Positions 35,739 to 44,761 of a stretch of 64,000 nt of DNA are shown here, piece after piece; the stretch's first letter is position 1, and each line of letters opens with the position of its first letter. Under the pieces are notes generated by a model that had not been told where the DNA came from, searched no databases, and worked only from the letters and a program-made list of their open reading frames with translations. Origin of the DNA: Polyangiales bacterium. GTDB lineage: Bacteria > Myxococcota_A > Polyangia > Polyangiales > Polyangiaceae. The stretch is from assembly GCA_038231275.1 (NCBI GenBank), contig JBBRLQ010000002.1:416001-480000 (forward strand), written 5' to 3'. The position numbers were made by a program, and so were the translations under genes.

Positions 35739-36494
35739 ATGCCCAACGCCGCGACTGGCCTGTACACGTACGTCGAGTTCGGCCTGTGCGTGGCCGCGTT
35801 CCTGCCCATCATGGCCGTCTCGCGCGGCCTGCATCGCGGGGACCCGACGCAGCGCCTGCCAGGGCGGTGGATGCGGCGCCTGGGCAAGACCTCGAGCGCG
35901 CTCACCCCGCTGTGGAAATTCACGGTCGAAGGGGACGCGCCCGCCGACATCGACCACAAGCCGTACGTCGTCGTCGCCAACCACGAGTCGCAGGCCGACC
36001 CCTTCCTCTTGTCGTGGCTGCCGTGGGACATGCGCTGGGTGGCAAAAGAGGAGCTCTTCAAACCGCCGCTCACCGGTTGGGCCATGCGCCTGAGCGGCGA
36101 CATCAAGCTGCGCCGCGGCGAGAAGGACAGCGTCGTGGCCATGATGAAGGAGTGCGAGAGCGCGCTCGCGGGCGGCATCTCGGTGATGCTCTTTCCGGAG
36201 GGCACGCGCTCCAAGGACGGCAACCTCCTCCCCTTCAAGAACGGCGCGTTCGATCTCGCCATCCGCGCGCAGGTGCCGGTGCTGCCCGTCGCGATTGCCG
36301 GGACGCGGCAGATGCGCCCGAAGCACTCCAAGTGGTTCGGCAAGGCGCGCGCGTGCGCGAAGATCCTGACGCCGGTGCCCTCCGCGGGCCTCGGCGCGGA
36401 CGACGTCGCGACCTTGCGCGACCGGACGCGCGATACGATCGCGGCGGCACTGCCGGATCTGCGCGCGCGCTATGGGGAGCTGCCTCAAGACTGA
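35739..36494 (+). CDS. 1-acyl-sn-glycerol-3-phosphate acyltransferase (PlsC family)
   Basis: NHESQAD (HxxxxD), FPEGTRS, FKNGAF. Confidence 0.92.
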   Translation: MPNAATGLYTYVEFGLCVAAFLPIMAVSRGLHRGDPTQRLPGRWMRRLGKTSSALTPLWKFTVEGDAPADIDHKPYVVVANHESQADPFLLSWLPWDMRWVAKEELFKPPLTGWAMRLSGDIKLRRGEKDSVVAMMKECESALAGGISVMLFPEGTRSKDGNLLPFKNGAFDLAIRAQVPVLPVAIAGTRQMRPKHSKWFGKARACAKILTPVPSAGLGADDVATLRDRTRDTIAAALPDLRARYGELPQD

Positions 36495-36528
36495 TAGTGG
36501 TGGTTAGAATGGGCGCGTGCCCCGGTCC

Positions 36529-38313
36529 ATGCCGCGCTTCGCCGCTCCGGAAGTCCACCGCGCTCCTCTCGAGGGAGGCGGCTTCGTGCTCCGCGTTCCG
36601 ACGCCGCTCGGCGAGTGCCCGCGCCGCGTCGGCGACAAGCTCGCGCATTGGGCGAAGGTCGCCGGTGATCGCCCCTTCCTCGTCGAGCGCGGCGACGACG
36701 GCGCGTGGCGAAGGACGTCGTACGCCGACGCCTTCGCCGCAGCGCGCAGCCTGGGCCAAGTGCTGCTCGATCTCGGGCTCGGGCCGACACGACCGCTCAT
36801 GCTCCTGTCGGGCAATTCGGTCGACCACGCGCTCCTTCAGCTCGCAGGCATGCACGTCGGGATCCCTGTCGCACCGGTGTCGCCCGCGTACTCGCTCCTG
36901 TCCGCGGACTTCGCCAAGCTCCGCACGATCGCCGCCGATCTCGCGCCCGGCGCCGTCTACGTGGACGACGGCGCCGCCTTCGCGAAGGCCCTCGGCGCGC
37001 TCGGGCTCGACGTCCCCATCCTCGTCAGCCGACGCGGAGACGCGCTCTCTGCCGCCCATGTCCTCATCGTGAACGACGCGCGCTCGACGTCGCCCACCGC
37101 GGACGTCGACGAGGCATTCGACGCGACGGGGCCCGACACCGTCGCCAAGATCCTCTTCACGTCCGGCTCGACCGGCGCTCCCAAGGGCGTCGTCAACACG
37201 CAGCGCATGCTCTCGACGAACCAGGAGGCCATCGCCGCCGGCTGGCCGTTCCTCGCCGAGCGCCCTCCGATCGTCGTCGACTGGCTCCCGTGGAGCCACA
37301 CGTTCGGCGGCAACCACAACTTCTTCCTCGTCCTCTGGCACGGCGGCACGCTCTACGTCGACGCGGGAAAGCCTGCGCCCGGGGCGTTCGAAACGACGCT
37401 TCGGAACCTGCGCGAGATCTCGCCGACTCTGTATTTCAACGTGCCGCGCGGCTTCGACATGCTCGCCACGCAGCTCGAGAACGACGCAGCGCTCCGGGAC
37501 ACGTTCTTCGCGGAGCTCGATCTCGTCTTCTACGCGGCGGCGGCGCTCCCGCAGTCGACGTGGGCGCGCATCGAGGAGGTGAGCCGGAGAGCGCGGGGGG
37601 AGGTCGTCGCCATGGTGTCGGCGTGGGGCTCGACCGAGACGTCGCCGCTCGCGACGCAGGTGCACTTCTCGATCCCCCGGGCGGGCGTCATCGGTCTGCC
37701 CGCGCGCGGGACCGAACTCGCGTTCGTGCCGAGCGGGAGCAAGCTCGAGATGCGCGTGAAGGGGCCCAACGTGTCGCCCGGGTACTGGCGCGCCGGCGGA
37801 CGGGTCGAGCCGCTTGCCCTCGACGAAGGCGGATTTTTTCCGATGGGCGACGCCGGACGGCTCGAGGACGACGCCGATCCGACCAAGGGCGTCGTCTTCG
37901 ACGGCCGCACTGCCGAGAACTTCAAGCTCGCGAGCGGCACCTGGGTCCACGTCGGCGAGCTAAGGATTCAGCTCGTCGCCGCGTGCGCGCCGCTCGTCGC
38001 GGACGCCGTGGTGACCGGCCATGACCGCGAGGAGATCGGCGCCCTCTTCTTCGTGACGCCGGACGCGGCGAAGAGGCCGGATCTCGACGTCGAGCTCACG
38101 TCGCGCCTCCTTGCCTTCAACGCCGGACGCGCCGGGACGAGCACGCGCGTCGCCCGCGCCCTCGTGCTCGACGAGGCCCCGAGCATCGACGCCGGCGAGA
38201 TCACCGACAAGGGATACCTCAACCAACGCGCGGTCCTCGAGCGCCGCGCCGACGAAGTTGCACGCTTGTACGATTTCGCCCCGGGCCGAGTCCATGTACG
38301 CAAGAGGCCATGA
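36529..38313 (+). CDS. Feruloyl-CoA synthetase-like AMP-binding enzyme
   Basis: FTSGSTGAPKG, WLPWSHTFGGNHN, WGSTET, GEITDKGYLNQ. Confidence 0.88.
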   Translation: MPRFAAPEVHRAPLEGGGFVLRVPTPLGECPRRVGDKLAHWAKVAGDRPFLVERGDDGAWRRTSYADAFAAARSLGQVLLDLGLGPTRPLMLLSGNSVDHALLQLAGMHVGIPVAPVSPAYSLLSADFAKLRTIAADLAPGAVYVDDGAAFAKALGALGLDVPILVSRRGDALSAAHVLIVNDARSTSPTADVDEAFDATGPDTVAKILFTSGSTGAPKGVVNTQRMLSTNQEAIAAGWPFLAERPPIVVDWLPWSHTFGGNHNFFLVLWHGGTLYVDAGKPAPGAFETTLRNLREISPTLYFNVPRGFDMLATQLENDAALRDTFFAELDLVFYAAAALPQSTWARIEEVSRRARGEVVAMVSAWGSTETSPLATQVHFSIPRAGVIGLPARGTELAFVPSGSKLEMRVKGPNVSPGYWRAGGRVEPLALDEGGFFPMGDAGRLEDDADPTKGVVFDGRTAENFKLASGTWVHVGELRIQLVAACAPLVADAVVTGHDREEIGALFFVTPDAAKRPDLDVELTSRLLAFNAGRAGTSTRVARALVLDEAPSIDAGEITDKGYLNQRAVLERRADEVARLYDFAPGRVHVRKRP

Positions 38314-38963
38314 CCACGCGCACCGCCCTCCTCGCCGGAGCCACAGGGCTCGTCGGCGGCCACACGCTCGAGCAGCTCCTCGCGCACCCCGACTACGCGC
38401 GCGTCACGGTGTTCGTGAGGCGATCGCTCGGCAAGACGCATGACAAGCTCGACGAGCGCGTGGTCGATTTCGAAGCGCTCGACGCCGCAAAGGCGGGCCT
38501 CGCCGCGGACGACGTGTACGCGTGCCTCGGAACCACGATCAAGGTCGCCGGCAGCCAGGAGAAGTTCCGGCGCGTCGATCACGACTACACGGTCGCGGTC
38601 GCGAAGCTCGGCAAGGAGGCGGGGGCGACGCGCCTCGCGCTCGTCTCGTCGGTCGGCGCGACCGAGAAGGGCGGCAACTTTTATCTGCGCGTGAAGGGGG
38701 AGACGGAGCGCGACGTCGCGGCGCTCGGCTTCGACGTGGTGAACGTGGCGCGGCCGAGCCTCCTCGTCGGTGATCGGCGCGAGAGCAGACCCGCGGAGGC
38801 GGCAGGTATCGCGGTTGCACGGGCGCTCGCGTTCACGATGGTCGGTGGACTGCGCGGGTACCGCCCGATCGAAGCGAAGACGGTCGCGGCCGGCCTCGTG
38901 CGGGCGACGCTGAAGGGCGAGCCCGGCGTTCACGTGCTGCAGTTCGCGGAGCTCACTGCGTAG
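38310..38963 (+). CDS. NAD(P)-binding oxidoreductase (TIP30/YraR-like)
   Basis: GATGLVG, CLGTTIK.AGS, YLRVKGE, RPSLL.G.R. Confidence 0.88.
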   Translation: MTTRTALLAGATGLVGGHTLEQLLAHPDYARVTVFVRRSLGKTHDKLDERVVDFEALDAAKAGLAADDVYACLGTTIKVAGSQEKFRRVDHDYTVAVAKLGKEAGATRLALVSSVGATEKGGNFYLRVKGETERDVAALGFDVVNVARPSLLVGDRRESRPAEAAGIAVARALAFTMVGGLRGYRPIEAKTVAAGLVRATLKGEPGVHVLQFAELTA

Positions 38964-40615
38964 TGGCACGCGAGCCCCTGGGCGAGGACGACGCGGTGCG
39001 CCTCTTCGTGGCGCGCGCCGCCGATGCGCGCGGCGCGCCGGTCGTAACCGACGCGGATTTGCCTTACGTGAGGCGCATCGTGTCGGTGCTCGCGTTCAAC
39101 CGCGCGGCGATCCTCTTGGCAGCGGCGCGCGCGACCGAGCTGTCGCCGAAGGCGCTCGCCGACGCGCTCGACACGATGGATCGCGCGGACGCGCCCGTCG
39201 AAGGCGTGCGCGCGCGGCTCTCGCGGGGCGAGGCGCATCGGCTCCTGGGGCGACTCCCCGAGGCATCGGCCGATCTGGAAGCGGTGCTTCGCGAGGCCGC
39301 CGGAGATCTGCACGCCACGGCCGAGGCGCATCGTCTGCTCGGCGCCGTCTATCGCGCGCAGGGACGCGCCGAGGACGCGCTCGCGCACAAGGAGAAGGCC
39401 CTCGCCGCGTTCACCGCGCTCGGCGACAAGGTGATGCGAGCGGTTGCGCACGGAGAGCTCGGGACCGCGCTCGCCGGGCTCGGGCGCCTGCGCGAGGCGC
39501 GCGTCTGTCACGAGCAGGCCCTCGCCGCCCACCGCGAGCTCGGCCACCGCAAGCACGAGGGGGTCGAGCTCTCGTACCTCGGCGTGACGCTTCATCGCCT
39601 GGGCCACTTGGAAGAGGCGCGCCGCGCGCACGAGGCCTCCTTGGCGATCCATCGCGAGACCGCGAATCGGCGGCTCGAGGGCGCCGATCACCTGCACCTC
39701 GGGTACGTCGCGCACGAGCTCGGCGAGATCGACGGAGGACGCGCGCACCTCGAGCAGGCGACGGCGATTCTCCGTGAGGTCGGTGATCGCGCGCTCGTTG
39801 GCGTCGCGCTGAGCCATGCCGGCGCGGTCGAGGTCGAGGCCGGCCGCCCCGAGCTCGCGGGCCCGCTGCTTCACCAGGCCCTCGCGCTCCACGCCGAGGC
39901 CGGCAGCCCGCGTCACGAGGCGACGACCTGGATGCACCTCGCGTGGCACCACGCCGCCCTCGGAGAGCACGACGAAGCCGCGAGCGCGCTCGAACGTGCC
40001 GCGTCACTCGGCCACGGACGCGCGACGGAGGAGGACGAGGCGTGGATCCTCGCGCTCCAGGGGCGGCACGACGAGGCGCGCGGCCTCCGCGTCGAAGATC
40101 TCGGAACGCGGCGGGCCCTCGCCCTCCTCGCGCGCGCGGGTCAGGTGCGCGCCGGCGAGGTCGCCGCAATGGTTTCAACGGATACGAAGGACGCCGCGGA
40201 CGCCGACGACGCCATGGCCTCGCACGCCGGCACGAGCACGAGGCTCCGTCGCGCATCCGCTGCGCTGGAGGCTGCCGTTCGCGCGAGCGGCGCGCTCCTC
40301 GAGATCGCCGCGGACGGCCGATGGTTTCGCGCGACCGACGGCACGACTGTAGACTTGTCGCGCCGCCGAGCTCTGCGCCTTGCCCTCCTTCTATTGGTCG
40401 AGCGCCGCAGCGGCACGCCGGGGATCGGCGTCACCTGGCAGGACCTCCTCGCCGCCGGCTGGCCGGGCGAGCGCGTGCAGGCGGAGGCGGGCTTCTCGCG
40501 TGTGCGTAACGCGCTGTCTCAATTGAGGAAGCTCGGCCTCAAGGACAACCTGCTCACGCGCGACGACGGCTACCTCTTGGACCCCGCCGTCCCTCTCCGC
40601 GGGGTCGAAGTTTAA
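38963..40615 (+). CDS. TPR-repeat protein with C-terminal winged-helix-like domain
   Basis: Multiple EQALA.HRELG TPR units; C-terminal GWPGERV...LRKLGL...TRDDGYLL. Confidence 0.8.
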   Translation: MAREPLGEDDAVRLFVARAADARGAPVVTDADLPYVRRIVSVLAFNRAAILLAAARATELSPKALADALDTMDRADAPVEGVRARLSRGEAHRLLGRLPEASADLEAVLREAAGDLHATAEAHRLLGAVYRAQGRAEDALAHKEKALAAFTALGDKVMRAVAHGELGTALAGLGRLREARVCHEQALAAHRELGHRKHEGVELSYLGVTLHRLGHLEEARRAHEASLAIHRETANRRLEGADHLHLGYVAHELGEIDGGRAHLEQATAILREVGDRALVGVALSHAGAVEVEAGRPELAGPLLHQALALHAEAGSPRHEATTWMHLAWHHAALGEHDEAASALERAASLGHGRATEEDEAWILALQGRHDEARGLRVEDLGTRRALALLARAGQVRAGEVAAMVSTDTKDAADADDAMASHAGTSTRLRRASAALEAAVRASGALLEIAADGRWFRATDGTTVDLSRRRALRLALLLLVERRSGTPGIGVTWQDLLAAGWPGERVQAEAGFSRVRNALSQLRKLGLKDNLLTRDDGYLLDPAVPLRGVEV

Positions 40616-40677
40616 CAAGCTGGTACGTGCCTACGCCGCGTACATCCGCCAGAGTCCGCCGGTCCACGGAGGTCCCG

Positions 40678-41763
40678 ATGCGTGCAGTGTACAGCTTTCT
40701 TCTCCTTACGCTCGCAGGGTGCGGCGGCAAACACGCCACGAGCTCTGATCCGGGCGCCGCGCAGATCGACACGACGCCGACCCCGGACGCCGGGTCCCCT
40801 GCCCTCCCCGATCCCGACGCCGGAATGACCCCCGAAGCCGCGCCGCCGAACACCGCCTGCACGCCGACCGCGCCGCGCGCGACGCCGGTGACCCTCTCCG
40901 TCCTCCCCGACGAGAGCGAGACGCCGCAGGTGCAATTTCTCACCACCGCGCAGACCACCATCAAGGTCTTCGGCTACGAGATGGGATACGGCGGGATCCT
41001 CGACACGCTCGTGGCCAAAGCGAAGACCGGCCTCGACGTGCGCGTCATCCTCGACGGCAACACGCAGCGCGCGACGAACGACAAGTACCGCGTGACGCTC
41101 GAGGCGGCGGGCGCGAAGTTCGAGTGGAGCGATCCGAAATTTTCGTACATGCACGCCAAGACGCTCATCGTCGACGGGCAAGCGGCGATGGTCTCGACGG
41201 GGAACTACGCGCTCTCGTACATCAACAAGGAGCGCAACTACGTCGCGCACCTGACCGATCCCCAGGACGTCGCCGATCTCGGCGCGCTCTTCGATGCCGA
41301 CTGGACCCAGGCGACGCCGGATCTGTCGTGCACGCGCCTGATCGTGTCCCCGGTGAACTCGGAGGCGCGCCTCGCCGAGCTGGTGAAGAGCGCGACGAAG
41401 ACGATCGTGATCGAGTCCATGCAGTACGCCGATCGCGCGGTGCAGGCGGCGGTGCTCGAGCGCAAGGCCGCAGGCGTGGACGTGCGCGTGCTCTTGGCGG
41501 CGCCGAGCTGGATCACGACGAACACGCAAGCGGCGGCGGATCTCTCGACGAACGCGATCCCGGCGCGGTGGATGGGGTCGCCGGCGGTGCACGTGAAGTC
41601 CATCGTGGTGGACGGGACGTACGCGTACCTGGGGTCGGAGAACTTGAGCTACACGTCGCTGACGAAGAACCGCGAGATCGGGATCATCCTCTCGGACGTG
41701 CCGGCGGTGCAGACGATGGCCGCGACGTTCGAGAAGGACTGGGCGACGGCGACGGCGTTCTGA
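40678..41763 (+). CDS. Phospholipase D family lipoprotein
   Basis: Lipobox LAGC; two HKD motifs HAKTLIVD and HVKSIVVD. Confidence 0.9.
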   Translation: MRAVYSFLLLTLAGCGGKHATSSDPGAAQIDTTPTPDAGSPALPDPDAGMTPEAAPPNTACTPTAPRATPVTLSVLPDESETPQVQFLTTAQTTIKVFGYEMGYGGILDTLVAKAKTGLDVRVILDGNTQRATNDKYRVTLEAAGAKFEWSDPKFSYMHAKTLIVDGQAAMVSTGNYALSYINKERNYVAHLTDPQDVADLGALFDADWTQATPDLSCTRLIVSPVNSEARLAELVKSATKTIVIESMQYADRAVQAAVLERKAAGVDVRVLLAAPSWITTNTQAAADLSTNAIPARWMGSPAVHVKSIVVDGTYAYLGSENLSYTSLTKNREIGIILSDVPAVQTMAATFEKDWATATAF

Positions 41764-41782
41764 CCGCGGTCGCGGCGGGAAG

Positions 41783-43588
41783 CTAGAACCACGCGTCCTG
41801 CATGCGCGCGAACGAGTCGTCGTTCGAGCGGCAGAGGGCGGCGAGCTCGTGGACGCGCGGGAGCTCCGTCGCGATCCAGTATTGCGCGGCGCAGAGCTTG
41901 CCCTCGTAGAAGGCGGCGTCGGCGGGGGTGCTCTTCGCGAGGGCCTCCTTCGCCACTGTCGCCTGCCAGAGCCAAATCCACGCGACGAGGAGGATCGAGA
42001 ACAGCATGAGAAAATGTGTGCTGTGGCGCATCATCCCGTCGACGTCGCCGCCCATGCCGAGCCCGCCGAGGTGCGCGACGAGCGCGCCGGTCTCCTGCGC
42101 CGCCGTGCGCAGCCGCTCGATCCAGACCGCGTCGACGCCCGCCGTGCTCGCGCGCGCGCACGTGCGTTCGATCTCTTCGAGCAGAATGCGGAGCGGCTCG
42201 CCGCCTTGCGCGACGACCTTGCGGCCGAGGAGATCCATTCCGTGGATGCCGGTGGTGCCCTCGTGGATCGTGTTGAGCTTCTGATCGCGGAGCCACGACT
42301 CGGGGAGCTGCTCGCTCGAGTAGCCGTAGCCGCCGTGAATCTGTAGCGCGAGGGCGTTCGACTCGAAGCCCCACTCGGCGGGGAACGATTTCGCGACAGG
42401 CGTGAGGAGATCGAGGAAGAGGCTCGCGCGGCGACGTTCGGCGGCGTCGTGGAGGTGTGCGGCCAAATCGGCCTGTTTTGCCGTAAATCCGACGAGCGCA
42501 AGGCCGCCCTCGCAGATCGCCTTCTGGCGCAGCAACATTCGCCGCACGTCGGCGTGCTCGACGATCGCGACCTGCGGACGCGCCGGATCCTTGGACATCA
42601 GCGGTCGCCCTTGCGGTCGCATGCGCGCGTAGGCGAGCGCCTCGTGGTAGGCGACGGTCGCCGTGGCGACGCCGTTGAGGCCGACCATGATGCGCGCCTC
42701 GTTCATCATCTGGAACATGTACGAGATGCCCTTGTTCGGCTCGCCGACCAGCCAGCCGCGGCAGTCGCCCGCATCGCCGAACGCGAGCGCGAGGCTGGGG
42801 AGGCCACGCCAGCCGATCTTGTGGATGAGACCGGTCACGTGCACGTCGTTCGGGACGAGCGCGCCGTTCTCCTCGCGCAGCTTCGGCACCGCGAAGAGGC
42901 TCACGCCCCTGATACCTGCGGGCGCTCCATCGAGCCGCGCGAGCGCCATGTGGAGGATGTTGGGTGTCAAATCGTGATCGCCGCCCGAGATGAAGATCTT
43001 CGCGCCGCGGATTGCGTACGTGCCATCGTCGCGTGGCGTGGCGCGCGTGGCGACGTCGGTGAGGCTGCTCCCCGCCTGAGGCTCGGTCAGCGCCATCGTG
43101 CCGGTGAGCTCGCCGGCGTAGAGGCGCGTCATCCACGTCTCCTTGAGGCGCGCGTCGGCGAACGCCTCGATCAAATGCGCGGCGCCGGTCGTGAGGCCCG
43201 CGAAGGCGCACGCGCTGAGGTTCGCCGCCATGAGGTACGCGTTCGCCATCGTCGCGACGGTGAGCGGAAGGTTCGCGCCGCCGACTTCGACGGGGCGCGT
43301 CGCGGCCACGACGCCGAGGCCGACCATCTGGCGCCAGATCTCTTTCATACGTGGATGGGTAACGACGCCGCCACCCGCGAGGCGCGCGGGTACCTCATCC
43401 ATCGGCCGGTACGCGGGGTAGAGCACGTCGCGCGAGAACCGCCGCGCCTCCTGGATGTACGGATCGAACGAGTCGCGTCCGTGCTCGCGAAACGCGGGGA
43501 GCTTGCACAGCTCCTCGGCGACGAGCATCTCGTAGAGAACGAACTCGACGTCGCGATCGGAGAGGAGGGGGTTGTCGCTCGCGGCCAT
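41783..43588 (-). CDS. Acyl-CoA dehydrogenase
   Basis: MALTEPQAGS, KIFISGG, MMNEAR, QIHGGYGY, HEGTTGI. Confidence 0.93.
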   Translation of the reverse strand: MAASDNPLLSDRDVEFVLYEMLVAEELCKLPAFREHGRDSFDPYIQEARRFSRDVLYPAYRPMDEVPARLAGGGVVTHPRMKEIWRQMVGLGVVAATRPVEVGGANLPLTVATMANAYLMAANLSACAFAGLTTGAAHLIEAFADARLKETWMTRLYAGELTGTMALTEPQAGSSLTDVATRATPRDDGTYAIRGAKIFISGGDHDLTPNILHMALARLDGAPAGIRGVSLFAVPKLREENGALVPNDVHVTGLIHKIGWRGLPSLALAFGDAGDCRGWLVGEPNKGISYMFQMMNEARIMVGLNGVATATVAYHEALAYARMRPQGRPLMSKDPARPQVAIVEHADVRRMLLRQKAICEGGLALVGFTAKQADLAAHLHDAAERRRASLFLDLLTPVAKSFPAEWGFESNALALQIHGGYGYSSEQLPESWLRDQKLNTIHEGTTGIHGMDLLGRKVVAQGGEPLRILLEEIERTCARASTAGVDAVWIERLRTAAQETGALVAHLGGLGMGGDVDGMMRHSTHFLMLFSILLVAWIWLWQATVAKEALAKSTPADAAFYEGKLCAAQYWIATELPRVHELAALCRSNDDSFARMQDAWF

Positions 43589-43610
43589 GCGCCGGTGCTA
43601 GCATGAGGCC

Positions 43611-44621
43611 ATGGTTTCGCGTGAAATCTCCCGTCGCCGGCTGATCTCCGGCAGCGCGGCGGTCGCGGCGATGGCCGCATGCTCGCGCGAGGAGCCCGAC
43701 GCATCACGCGCACGCGCTTCGTCCCCGCATTCCTCCCCTTCCCCCAACGGTTCCTTCAACGGCTCTCCGAGCGGCGCACGCGAACGCGAGGTGAAGGACC
43801 GCTTCGACGGCCAGCCCACCACCGACGGCGCCGGCGTGAAGCTCACGCGCATGCTCGGCTCGCGCGCGCTGCCGATGCTCGATCCGTTCTTGATGCTGGA
43901 CGAATTCCACTCCGACAAAGCCGACGACTACATCCGCGGGTTCCCGAGCCACCCGCACCGCGGCTTCGAGACGGTCACGTACATGCTCCACGGCGCGATG
44001 GAGCACAAAGACAGCCTCGGCAACCAGGGTCGGCTCAGCGCCGGGAGCACGCAGTGGATGACGGCGGGCCACGGCATCGTGCACTCCGAGATGCCGAAGC
44101 AAGAGAACGGGCTCATGTGGGGCTTCCAGCTGTGGGTGAACCTCCCGGCGGCGAAGAAGCTGACGAAGCCGCGCTACCAGGATCTCGCGCCGCAGACGAT
44201 CACGGAGCTCGAGATCGACGACGCGCACGTGCGCCTCGTCGCCGGCGAAGCGCACGGCAAACGCGGGCCGGTCGATGGCATCGTGACCGATCCGCAGATG
44301 CTCGACGTCGCGATCGCCAAGCGCGGCGGCTTCACGCACGCGATTCCGGCGTCGCACAACGCGTTCGCGCTCGTCTTCGAGGGCGCGGTGACGCTCGGCA
44401 CGTCACGAACGCGCGTCGCGGCCGGACAGATCGCGGTCCTCGGCCCTGGTGATCGCGTCACGGCGCGCTCCGAGGAGGGCGGCCGGATGTTGCTGCTCGC
44501 GGGGCGTCCTCTCGGCGAGCCAGTCGCGCGGTACGGGCCCTTCGTGATGAACACCGACGAAGAGCTCAAGCAGGCCGTGTCCGACTACCACTCTGGGCGG
44601 CTGACGGTGTGGGACGGCTGA
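43611..44621 (+). CDS. Pirin family protein with Tat/lipoprotein-like signal
   Basis: DPFLMLDEF, HPHRGFETVT, GIVHSE, QLWVNLP, GPFVMN; SRRRLI...AAC N-terminus. Confidence 0.9.
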   Translation: MVSREISRRRLISGSAAVAAMAACSREEPDASRARASSPHSSPSPNGSFNGSPSGAREREVKDRFDGQPTTDGAGVKLTRMLGSRALPMLDPFLMLDEFHSDKADDYIRGFPSHPHRGFETVTYMLHGAMEHKDSLGNQGRLSAGSTQWMTAGHGIVHSEMPKQENGLMWGFQLWVNLPAAKKLTKPRYQDLAPQTITELEIDDAHVRLVAGEAHGKRGPVDGIVTDPQMLDVAIAKRGGFTHAIPASHNAFALVFEGAVTLGTSRTRVAAGQIAVLGPGDRVTARSEEGGRMLLLAGRPLGEPVARYGPFVMNTDEELKQAVSDYHSGRLTVWDG

Positions 44622-44761
44622 GGGATCGGCGCGGGGTTGCCAGGTCTGGGGCCCTGGGACTCTCGCGCCCATCGAACCTTGCGCTACGCGGACTTTTTTT
44701 TCCGTGCGCCCTGACGCACCTCCCGCGACACACGGCACCCCAGGAGCAGGTAGGATGCGCG

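Noticed and set aside
33746-37072. 1108-aa plus-strand ORF
   Set aside because: Arg/Gly-rich off-frame or antisense translation over the helicase, acyltransferase and CoA ligase genes.
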